DNA of 64,000 bases. Origin: Amoeboaphelidium protococcarum X5 (taxonomy: Eukaryota; Fungi; Aphelidiomycota). Location: positions 628,280-692,279 of the forward strand of contig JALDTO010000213.1 in the NCBI GenBank assembly GCA_023515725.1. The letters are read 5' to 3'. Position 1 is the stretch's first letter. Every line of letters begins with the position of its first letter. Position numbers and translations under genes: made by a program. The notes under the pieces were generated by a model, which was not told where the DNA came from, ran no database searches, and was given only the letters and a program-made list of their open reading frames with translations. Below, in pieces: positions 1 through 11,872 of the stretch.

Positions 1-128
1 TTAATCACTTGAGGTAGTTGGGCGCACATCCAGAGCACAATAGACGAGTAGCCCACCATGAGAGAGGCAGCTTCAAGATTATTGTGGATACAAGTAGCCG
101 CGATTGGCTTTATCCATTATATGCACAT
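1..128 (-). CDS. PQ-loop lysosomal/vacuolar amino-acid transporter (Ypq1/SLC66A1-like), 5' fragment running off the window
   Basis: With TAR=Gln reads MCIQWIKPIAATCIHNNLEAASLMVGYSSIVLWMCAQLPQVI; the TM helix followed by AQLPQ is the first PQ-loop motif. ATG at 128. Confidence 0.8.
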
Positions 129-396
129 TAAATGAGTATATATTATATATGAGCTTATCCGGTATTTTGCTCTATCCAGAGAGTTCAAGATATTATTTTA
201 CAAATGGTTGATGCAAAAGCTGGTTGGCTGGATGAACAAATTGCGAATTTTACTGCAGACTTTACGCCGTGAGAAGAAACTGGAGTGAAAGCGATTGGTC
301 GCTCAGCTGATTAACAAACTGATCTTGTCAAGTAACTTGCTATTAAAGTGAACTAAATAGATACTGAATTATTGAATTGGATCAAAATTAAATTAT

Positions 397-1473
397 TCAA
401 TGACTCAAATTAACAATTTGGATGTCTGAAGCAGAGCATTGAAATGTCTGCGAGAGAGTTCCAACAACCGCCTTCAAGACGCCACCATCAATCTCTGAGG
501 TTAAATCGCGCCCCATTACAGTCAGACTAAGTGCAGATCCAGCCATTTTCTAAATCAAATCTAAGTCTTAAATATTGTGCAGCTGATACCTCCCAAAAGC
601 CCAATTAAGAATGTATAAACTCACATGACCACCTTCATCAGCGAGCCAAATGTAACCTTTGATGCGATAGTATTTATCTTTAGACAAGGAGTTACCCGAC
701 AAAACTGATTCCAGCTCCAACTTCTTGATAAGACTAGACTGAGAATCCGCAACTTTATTCCGCGATATCTTTAAAGTGGTGATTTCAGTATTGTGGTCAT
801 GCACGTTAGCTTAACCAACATCATCAGTCAAATCAAGTTTTGATTAAATACCAAAGAGCAAATCCACATCTACACCATCCGAATGCATGTACCTGTGGAT
901 GTTAGCATCTGGATTAAGTTCATAGATGCGATCCAATGTAAGATCCAACTATCTTTCATCACAGAGCTCAATCTTGTTCAACATTATCAGATCAGTGTAT
1001 TTGGCCTGCAGTTTAGCGGTGTATGATGTATCTTCGTATCCGGTAAAGTTTAGCGCGTCCACCACATTGATCACAGCATCAACTTGGACACCCAGACTCA
1101 TTTACTTTATCTACCACACCAACGGAGCAGGTTGCGCACTCCCACTACTCTCAATGATGATACGATCTGGCTGATAATTAATTACAATATCTTCAATTGC
1201 ATTCTACAACTGACCAACCAGTACACAGCAGAGACATCCGTTAACAATTTCTTTGACCGATGATATGTTTCTACTAACAGTCTGAGCGGGTTGATCAGAG
1301 TCGGCAGATCTTTGCGTCAAAATATCCACCAGCTTTGAATCGACCGCGTCATCTCCAAACTCATTCTTCAAGACTACAACTTTGACATCCTTTGGCAATC
1401 GCTGCAAAGCATTTATAATGACTGTCGTCTTTCCTGAGCCAACAAATCCAGTAAATATAGTTATCGGAATCAT
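397..1473 (-). CDS. CobW/COG0523-family zinc metallochaperone GTPase (Zng1-like), 358 aa
   Basis: PITIFTGFVGSGKTT P-loop, KNEFG, GCLCC metal motif and C-terminal YRIKG. The track fragments 1204-1566 and 568-804 are in one frame joined through TAA/TAG; TGA at 397-399. Confidence 0.92.
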
Positions 1474-1684
1474 CGCCTTGCACTGTACCAAACTTGACTG
1501 TAAATCGAATCGTCTCAATCGGATCTGTAAAAAGTAGATTAAATCCTGAGCGGTTTGTCCAATCACGCGTTAAGATATACAAGATGGATTGGTCAGTGGG
1601 CGATTTGTGAGTGAATGAATTGACTCTTATCACTTGCTTGTTTATTATTACTTTCACGTTTATGAAACAGAATCTGCTCATAAA

Positions 1685-3355
1685 ATGACAGACGATAGTA
1701 AAATTGAAGATGTGCATCCATCATTCATTGGTGTCATACTTGCAGTTTGTGGCAGCTCATTGATCGGCCTCTCTTACACGGCCAGCAAGAGCGCTCACAA
1801 CAGGGCGATTGAAGAAATTACAACGACGGCGACGACGACAGATGAAACAATATTAAACAACAATGATGGTCGCGGTGTGCCAGGTTATGGAGATATTGAG
1901 CAAGTAGTTGCTGATGGACTGTCGTAGTAGTAGTAATAGGTGGATGAAAACACGCCTTTACTTAATCAGTAAATAATTGATGCAGATGAACAGTAAAAAT
2001 TCTCAATGGTTAATGTTACTAAATACGCAGTATGGTGGGTGGGTATTGCTCTGTTGGTGTGTGGAGAGATTTTGAATTTTATGGCTTACGGATTTGCTCC
2101 TACGTCTGTCATCGCACCACTTGGCACAATGTCTATAATATCTGGTGCACTTTCTGGTTACGCGTACCTCCATGAGAAGATATCATTGAGAAATTTAATT
2201 GGGATGATTGTAGCTTGTATTGGAGCCACAGTGATCGTGTTGTTTTCGAGATCAGAAGAACCTCAGCTGACTCCCGAGGGTATTGTATAAGCTCTATGCC
2301 AGCTTCAATTCATCATCTATGGCGGAGTTACACTGTTCGTAATATTAGTGCTATTGGTATTAAATAGGTGGAAAGTTAAAGGTCAAGACAAGACTCTTGG
2401 TGACAAGTTCATATTGATCAGGGTATCGCTCACCTCCCTGTTTAGTGGAATAACAGTGTTGGCCACCAAATCTCTATCTTCCATGTTAGGCCTGTCATTG
2501 TATCTGGTTTTTACATATTGGATCACGTACGTACTGGTCTTTGTGCTCTTGGTCACTGCATTGCTGACTTTGTACTTCACAAACGCTGCACTCTCTGCCT
2601 TTGATTCAACGGTTGTACTCCCAGCCGAATTTGCTGCGTTCACCTTCACTGCGGTTCTTGGATCATCGATGCTGTATAATGACTTTGAAGGCGCCACGGT
2701 GGATCAAGTCACTATGTTCTTCCTGGGGTGTCTTATAACATTCATAGGAGTGTATTTGATTACATCTGATGCTCAAATTAATGGTCGGAAGCCAGTTCAG
2801 CTATCAGGGCGCGAAAGTATGCTCATCATGGCCGGTGCTTTTGTACCTGTTCCTTATGTGGACTCGTTCTATGAATCTTATGGCAAGAAATAGAACAGAT
2901 TGTCGTCATTGTACCAGCGCAATGGAACAATTGGTGATACTCCTCGTCTACCATTACCGCGGCCAGCATCGCTCGATAAGAGAAGTTCTACCAGCGACAG
3001 CATTGTGGTTGTTGAGACTATAATTGACAAGTAACGACAAAGTGGTGCAGGTTATCAGCCACCAATTCCTCCTATCAGGTATGAATCTACCGCGAAGCAT
3101 CATCACGTAAGGTTTGATGAAGTGCCGAAAGTCATTCCATCTGAGGGTGATCTCTAAGATAGCTAAGATAATGTTGATGATGGTGATGATCAAGCTGGCC
3201 GCGATAGAGCTTTAACGAGCGCGTCTTAAAGTGATGACAAAGAGCCACTGCTCAAGAAATTGAAACTTAAACGCCCATCCTTCGTAAAAACTCTTTAAAA
3301 ATGGAAGTAACGGGAATCTAGTGAAGAAGACGAGAATTCTAAGCCTCATTAGTGA
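1685..3355 (+). CDS. NIPA-family magnesium transporter, 556 aa
   Basis: WWVGIALLVCGEILNFMAYGFAPTSVIAPLG motif and multiple TM helices. Three same-frame track fragments joined through TAR; ends TAG-TGA. Confidence 0.92.
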
Positions 3356-3537
3356 TATTCCTTAATAAATACAGTGATAAATTTTCAATTTTGACTGAGT
3401 ATTTAACGGCGTCACTTGATCGCGCGCCATCTTAACACTCACATTTTCAGGAGTGCTTTGATACCACAGACTCAATCCACTTCAATCAATCTTTTTTATA
3501 TATATTCTACTACTATTTGTTTTGTTATTTATATAAA

Positions 3538-6285
3538 ATGGAAAGTCTTATACCTTTAGTTAATAAATTGCAAGAGACATTTGCATCTGTCGGATTGTCC
3601 GGATTTGATCTGCCGCAAATTGCCGTCGTTGGATCACAGTCCAGTGGTAAGAGCTCAGTGCTTGAGAATATTGTTGGGAAAGACTTTCTACCTCGTGGCA
3701 CTGGAATTGTCACCAGAAGACCTCTAGTGCTATAGCTGATACGCGATAAGCAGTGCACGCAAGACTTTGCAGTATTCCTCCATGAGCCCAAGAAGCAGTA
3801 TACCAATTTTGCTGATGTTCGTCAGGAGATTGCGCGCGAAACTGATCGTCTGACTGGGACGAACAAGAATATCAGCGCAGTGCCCATCTACCTGAAGATT
3901 CATTCTGCCAGGGTGATTGAGTTGACTCTTGTGGACTTGCCCGGTCTGACAAAAGTTGCTGTTGGTGATCAGCCCGAAGATATTGAGGTGTAGATTCTGA
4001 ACATGGTCACAAGTTTCGTGGAGAGAGAGTCTTGTCTTATTCTGGCCGTCAGTCCCGCCAATTCTGATATTGCAAATTCTGACGCGTTATAGCTGGCGCG
4101 TCGTGTTGATCCTGAAGGTAATCGAACCATCGGTGTCCTTACCAAGTTGGATCTGATGGATGAGGGGACGGATGCGCTTGATATTCTGTTGAATAAAACT
4201 TATCCCCTCAAGCATGGATTTGTGGGTGTTGTCAATCGTAGTTAGAAGGACATTGAGAGTAACAAGGATGTTCACTCTGCTGTACAAAAGGAAAAGTTGT
4301 GGTTCTCATCACATCCCAAGTACGAATCGCTTGGTGATAAGTGCGGCACTACGTTCTTGTAAGAGAAATTGAGAGTCACTCTGATGTCTCATATTGAACG
4401 CCATCTTCCATAGTTGAAGCAGAAGCTGACACAGAAAATGCTCTCTTTAGAATCAGAGCTGGACTCTATCAATTCTCCCTTCACTTCATTAAATGCCGCT
4501 TTTGCTGCAGATCATCCTGGGTAGACGCCAGATATGGATGATCCGGTTTATCAGCAGTCCGTCTTGCTCAACATTCTACGTCTGTTCGCATCGTCTGTTA
4601 AAATGATGATTGATGGACACGATGGTGATTTGAATAATGATGTGTTCAATTCTTTAGGCCATATTACTGGTAGCGTCGCTCCAAATAGTGGCGAAGATAA
4701 GTCTTCTGGTCCTCAAGTGGCTGAATTGAGTGCATCCGTCCGTATAAAGTATGTCTTCTAGGAGACTTATCCTTTGGCGTTGATTGGTTTAGAGAATAGA
4801 ATCCTGAGTTCATATTATGATGATGAAATTAAAACGTTAATGCATAACGTTCGTGGTCTCAGAGCAGGTTTGTTCATTCCAGATTCGTTAATTGAGCTTC
4901 TGATCAAGAAACTGATTAAAGATTTTGAGTCGCCAGCCATGTCTTGCGTCGATATGGTTTATGGAGAGTTGTTGAGGATGGTAAAGAATTTGTTATAGAG
5001 TGAGCATAGCCCCATCAGAATGTATCCGGCTTTGTTGAATTGGATGCTGGACGCCACTTAACAAGTATTGCAGGACTCTCTGAGACCAACATAGGAAGAA
5101 GTGAAGCGTTTGCTGGCAATGGAAATTGGTTATCTGAACACTTCACATCCTGATTTCATCGGCCAGTAAGGACTTGGTACTTGGATCGCTGATGAGAAGA
5201 AGAAGCGCGCATAGATGAAGAAGGCTGGCGTATTGACCACCAGTAATGGTTCTGTATTTCAATCCGCACATCTGGAAGGCCAATTGGAGAAACTGGGTGG
5301 TACTAGAAAGACTTGGAAGAAGCGTTATTTTGCTATCAAAGATGGAAGTTTGAGATTCTTTGAGAGCTAATCTGACAAGGTGGCAAAAGGCGAATTCTCG
5401 CTGGCAAATTGCCTGATAAAGGACTACGAGACTGATGAACTGTTACCAGCTAGCGAGGCTGAAGGTATCACCTCTCTCAGAAGTATGAGTATGGATGAAA
5501 TTTCTAAAGATAAGTAGCACTTGTTTGAGATATTCCATAACGGAGAGGAGACGCTGTTTAGAAATCACAAGAGTCTTCTGTTGAATGCGGCATCTTCTGA
5601 TGAGAAGAAGGAATGGATTGAAGCTCTGAGCAACAGCATCCTCTACTTGAAGTAATAGGAAGACGCCAAAGCTGCATAAAGCGAACCATCTTCTCCTGTT
5701 GACTCTGGGAAAAGCGGATCTAATGGCGCTTAATAATCGCAGAAGAAAAAGAAGGCTCCTCCTGTGCCACCTCCACTAAAGTCAAAGAATTTGAGACCAC
5801 CCACACCCTCAAGCAAGCCTCAGCCTGGTGTAATATCTGAGCTGCCTGATAAAATATTCGCGTCAGACCTGTCCAAGACGAAAGTTCGTCTCAACACATC
5901 TGCCTATGCGCCGGAAGTTGAACTCATGGATAATGACGCCGATTCATCAATGTCGAGTAGTGATGAGAACACCATAGCACTGGTTCGTATACTTGTGCAT
6001 TCTTACATCAGGATTGTGAGAAAGCATTTACAAGATTTAGTACCCAAGGCTATTATGTACTTGATGGTGAACAAGGTTAAGCGCGATCTTCCGACCATAC
6101 TGATGAACAGAGTGCTGGTTGGTAAAGACGGAAATGGCGTTCAAGTCACAGCCGATAAACTTCTGGCTGAGAGCTCCGACGTGAAATCCGAGCGCGTTCA
6201 AAAGGCGAAGACTTTGAAGATGTTGAAAGACGCAGTGAAGATTATAAACACAGAGGTGCAGGCAAGTTTGATTAATACGTAGTGA
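3538..6285 (+). CDS. Dynamin-family GTPase with middle domain, PH domain, proline-rich segment and GED, 915 aa
   Basis: [46 protein letters not shown]; PH domain about 5266-5640 ([19 protein letters not shown]...EKKEWIEAL); GED ([24 protein letters not shown]). Confidence 0.95.
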
Positions 6286-6531
6286 GTAAATAATGGTTTT
6301 TATATTGTACTATAGATTTTATACTTTTCAGTCTTTATAGTATCTGACTCTTTTAATTGTATGATGTTCACGTTATACTTCTGCAACGTCACAGTTCACG
6401 TTTTGATGTAACAGCCATTCGATCGTTGAATTGTGTCACACAATATAGGATGCACGCCTTCTTAACATTGCATTAACAATTCAAAAATTACAGTCACAAT
6501 ATCTGTCAGTGAGTAGAAAAATAGACGAGTA

Positions 6532-9500
6532 ATGAAATAGATATTCTGGACGTATATTCTTTAGTGCATGATACTATCATTCTTGGTAGTGGCACGCTAA
6601 ATACCGGTTAGAATTCATCAGCTAAGCTCATCGCATCAATCGCGTCTGTATAAGCGCGAGTTATAGAGTTAGATATCATAGTAGCTGCTTATGAACAATG
6701 AAATAAATACTTTAGAATAGAGAGAAGGCAATGCACAATAGAAGAAACACAAAGATAGAGTCCAATTTCTGATCTAGCATGATGAACATGACCAAGATGA
6801 TTTTTGGCATGTGGACGTTGAGCTGAACGAGGAATTGTTTCATCCAGATTTTGCAGTGCACGACTCAAGCGGAAGTCAGAAGATGAATTAGATGTGCTTC
6901 TATACCGGTAGAGTGTTGAATGTGAAGGATTCTGCTGTGTCGCTGTCCACATGTAACGGTGTTATGAATGGTAAGATACTGGTCGATGGAGTAGAGCATA
7001 GAGTTCAACCGCACTCAGACCTTGGACATGTCATGCAAGTTGTCGAAAATGGTGCACCGGTGAATTGCGGTGCTGATGACAGCGCTGAATATGACCGTCT
7101 ACATTTCGCTATAAAGAAGGAGTTCACAGTGAAACAATAGCTAACTAGACTGTTCAAGCGGTAAGATAATAAGGATGGTAAGAAGACTAAATATATCAAA
7201 ATGCTCTTTGTCAATGATTATGGACGCGTCAAGCAGTTTGAAGATCAAAAGGAGAACATCACGGAGGCAACTATCAATCACGTCTCTCTGATGGCCAAGA
7301 AAATGTCGGATCAAATTGGTGACAAGTTTGGTATGCCCATAAAGATTATTCTGGCGGGGATTTATAATGACAATAATCCAAAAAATGAATCCACCTGGCT
7401 CCCTGAATTTAAGACTCAGGTTGAAGCTGGTGATCTGCTGGACAATTTCGCCCAGTGGAGGGAGCAGAAGATCAATGCCGGCGCCGAGGGTGCTTTGGGT
7501 AATAATGATGTCGCTTAGCTATTGACTGATCGTGATATTGGAACTAAAGACAATTTCCGAGTAAATGGTCTAAGTAATATGGCTGGTGTTTGTTCAAATC
7601 GTTTCGGTGCCAGCGTGGTTGAAGCTCCTCGTGGTAATAACGTTGATGCGTAAATCAATCTTGATCTTCATGAGCTCGGTCACTCCCTGAGATTGGTACA
7701 CGACGGACAAGGCCCTGCTGAGAAGTGTGATCCTGATAAGTTTATAATGGCTGCCGTCAGTTGTGGAGATTGTGGTGAAAGGAAAGCCAAGGAAATCCTC
7801 TTCTCTGAGTGCAGTTACGAAGCAGGTAAATCATTTCTGGAAAGCAGCGGGCAGTGTCTTGATGTTAGTCCGCAGACATCTCTTCTGTGTGGCAATGGTA
7901 TTATCGATACATCTCAAGGTGAGTAGTGCGATGATGGTCGTAATTCCACCTCTGGGTGCTGTGATATGAGAACATGTCAATTCAAGACTGATGGTAATCA
8001 GTGTATGACTGGGAATTCAACAACTTCGGCGGCGAATAGCAATTCCACCACTAATCCCCTTTCCATGGCTGGCACTTGTAATAAAGGCAAATGTATCAGC
8101 TCTTGTGGTAATGGTAAAGTTGATCCTGGCGAAGATTGTGATCCAACTGCGGATGGTGGTGCTAATGCAGAGTGTTGTAATAAGAATACGTGCAAGTTTA
8201 TAAACAGAGGCCAGACGTGTCTAACTGGTAAATGTGACGGTGTAGGTAAGTGCGCAGAGAGGGATAGGATACTAGCTGCTAAACCCAAAATTATAGTCAC
8301 GTAGAATAAGTACTTTGAAAGTTACACTGTGGAGATTAAGACTAATGCATCCCAACCTAATGTCACCGTTTTCTATACTCTAAATAGCTCAACTCCCGTG
8401 AATGATACGTCCCGCTCCATGAAATATGATGGCAAGTTTACCGTGACGCTGCAGCAGGTACAGGAGCAGAATCGGCGATATGATGCTGAAGTTGCACAAT
8501 ATCGAGGTAACACGTCTGCTCTGATTCCTCCTAATCCATACGCTCTAGATTCATACTCCAAGCTGTACAATGTGCAAATATCTGCCAAAGCCTTCTCATC
8601 AGATCTCCTCCCATCTGATACGGCATACGATAACATTGAATTGAGTCCTGACGCTGAAGAGATTTATGCGTAGTAATTGAGTGTTGATGATATAAAGAAG
8701 AAGGCTGCGATAGAGGGATCAGTTGGTGCAGTTATAGGTGTAGTCGGAGTGGTAGTATTGACTCTTGCTCTCATCTATTACAACAAGGATCCTATCGCTA
8801 GAGCTATATGGAGAAAGAAGACTATGGAATCTTATCCTGTCAAGTTGGTGCAGAAAATTGCGCGTAAGCCTGAGGATGATGATAATGATGCACAAGTGTA
8901 AGCCTAACAGTAATCTTATGCAAAGGAAATTGCTCAATAGTCTGCACTACTTGCTCCGATAAAGTTCATGAAGACTTTGCGCAACTTCACAAGGACTCAG
9001 ACGATGATGCCTGAGGATATTGCGCCAATGTCATAGAATGGTACGAATTAAATGTTCTAGTCTGGAGATGCTTAATAGTCGTAGCTGCATGCATAAGAAT
9101 TGCGTAGCTCTAATATTCCGATGGACATGCTTCCTATGGCCGCTGCATCTTAGTAGCCTCAATCGCAGCATTCATAGCAATAGCAATAACAAGGCGATGA
9201 TGATATAGAAGAATCATCCTCTCCTGCGACTCCACTCATGTCTGCCAGTATTTCATAGAAGCACTTTGACTCGCTCCACAATAGAAATCGGCAATATTCT
9301 ACAGACTTGGGAATGGCTAATTACGTGGAAATGTTTCGAAATACTCCGCTGACTCCCTCTAGTCCATACACTCCTGTACCGACTGGTGATTATAATAACA
9401 ATAATCAGTAATAATCATCTGAATGGTCATAATAGTAATAAGAAGAACAAGGCGGCAATTAGAGAATGTCATCCCCTCTGCAGAGATTCTTTAGAAAGAA

Positions 9501-9606
9501 ATCATTCAGTTCTTAATCATCCTCACATAATAGAAGATCATCTTAATCGTCCTCATAGAGTAGTGCTAGCATTGGTGGTTATAAAAGTGGTTCAAAAAGA
9601 CAATGA
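6532..9606 (+). CDS. ADAM/reprolysin (M12B) type I membrane metalloprotease, 1024 aa
   Basis: Signal peptide, prodomain with Cys switch (VNCGADD), RLFKR processing site, zinc motif HELGHSLRLVHD, Met-turn FIMAA, two CGNG..D.GE.CD disintegrin-like repeats, TM helix about 8720-8780, Gln/Ser-rich tail. Confidence 0.88.
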
Positions 9607-9682
9607 TGATGATTATATAAAGAATATAGAAATTTTATATAAACTGGCATGTGTATTCTCAATCTATTTTCATAATATCAGA

Positions 9683-11572
9683 TCAAATGTGCAAATTGTC
9701 ACTCAGTGTATAACTCAAAGAGTCTTCATCAACAAAATCTGCACCATTTCCTTCAAACGAACGACTTCTTCTATGAGCAGATGATCCCATACTGGATGCC
9801 TAATTATGACGGAGATCTACGTGAGGCTATCTATCACCTTTTTGCGTTTATTAAGCACTCCTACTCTTACTGCTTACTTCCTAAAAAGGTGAAGACTATT
9901 ACTTGAGATGTTTCTTGTGTGATATTTAATCAGACAACTTCTTATACCGACCAGAATTAGGCATAGGAGCCGAAGTTACTCTCTTGTGCTTCACTGATTA
10001 CAATGGATTTTATTCTTCTTATTATGAAGAGGATTATCCATTACCGCCCTTAGTCGCCGCCGCCTTCTTCTTAATCTACTTATTCAGCTTCATATCATTG
10101 ATGAGGGACGTGAATCCTTAATTACCAGGCGTAAACAGATAATCAAACGACTCGCTATTACCAGGAATATCCACATCGCCCATGTGAGGATACACCAACT
10201 CCTCCCTGATAACAGTCATGAACTTGTCCTACAAAAACTGCACAATTATCGCATAGTCGAGGGAGAGTTCATTATTCTTGGACAGGTTGATCATGGGCGA
10301 AATGTCCACATACACTCGCGGCATCTCTGTAAATCCAAACCATAATCTATTTGAGGGATTCTTCTTGATCAGCACCAACATCCTGCCCTCCAACCGAGTC
10401 AATGATATCTTGACACGCGCCGGTATGGACATCTTGGGTAAGAGCAGCGAGATATTATTATTCATCCTATTCAGATTCAAGTTCATCTCGGCTTCAACCT
10501 CAAATCTACCATCGTATTTCGCATTGAACTTGATCTCGGTATGACCATCAGCAGAGGCTTAAACCAATTCGGCATTACTAAGCACTGGAGGTTGACTATC
10601 GATGGAGAAGTTCTTCAATGACAAATCATCCATAAAGTCGGGTGTTCTCATCAGCTAAAACTTTCTAGTCAGCAGTTCTTCAACATACATATTAAACTCT
10701 TCAAATCTCACAATGGATGGGAATACACGCACCAGAAGGGCATTAAACCAAGCTGTCGTGGGATCTTCATGATTGTATGAAACATTCATCTAAGCAGATT
10801 AAGAGTAATCATTAGCTAGTATACGCGAATATTCAATTTCCTACTAGCTATGACTTAATTATTATTCCTACTGCTATAAGTGTCTTTATGAAGACATCCT
10901 CATCCTCAATGACAGATACCAATCCTCTTTGAACATGGCAGTGGGAAACCAGATGTAATGCTCACTTCTGAGACCATATCTATCACTCGATTGTCTATTG
11001 TCAGGTGCAAAAGATTGTAATAAAATAGGCAATTTCCTATCATACATCATGGAGACATGCAGATTGTGAGGGAATAGGAGACACTTGTACTAAGAGAGGT
11101 TAATGCGCATCACTGGTTGTTGACTTTTACTGCTAATCGATGGTATAGCATCATACAAATGTAGTTCTTGATCCTTACTACTATCACCTTATTTATTATC
11201 ATTATTACCAGTATTACTATTGATATTATGTAGCATAAGAAAGTAATATTATGCTTATTGTACTTGAGTGGCTGTGGACTTTTTAAAATCATGAGTCTGC
11301 CATTCAGGTACATCATCTGGATCCAGAGTTTGATCACTCAATAATACCCAGCATGGACTGGGCTATTACAATAGATGAGAGATATTATCAGCATAGTATT
11401 GTTATTATTGTTACTTTTTTTTCAATGATCCAGACTGTTAATTATCATCATTACTCCTAGATGATTGTGATAAACTTTACTACTACTATTACTACTACTC
11501 TTCTGATGATGACTGTGAGAAGTAACTTCCAACGCTTGAAATCGGAGAAGTAATGGAATTCCAAATTGACAT
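9683..11572 (-). CDS. PH-like + SMP lipid-transfer protein (Nvj2/TEX2-like), 629 aa
   Basis: PH-like end FPTAMFKEDWYLSL; SMP domain TAWFNALLVRVF...LEGRMLVLIKKNPSNRLWFGFTEMP...EELVYPHMGD. Start and TGA are in frame. Confidence 0.85.
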
Positions 11573-11872
11573 TTTTATTCTAATAGATACAATTATTATA
11601 CTTGCGCTGTACTGAAATGGATATTATATACTGAATTTTTGATTGTATGAGTTGATTGTATGAACAAAGGATCCTACACGCAAAGAACGCGATTCACTTT
11701 AAAGAAGGGGACAATTAGAAGGGGACAAGTTGAGTCATCAATCAAGATCAACGCGTTAATATAATAAAGCAATATAAAGTGTTGAACGAGTGAACATCAG
11801 AAGGACTGAAAAGCATAATAGGCTATAATATTATGTATTTGATTATTATCGTAAATATCTCTCATTGCGGTG

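Noticed and set aside
3-288. Plus-strand reading frames at the window start with apparent TGA read-through
   Set aside because: The minus strand gives a recognisable PQ-loop N-terminus; the plus-strand frames have no recognisable motif.
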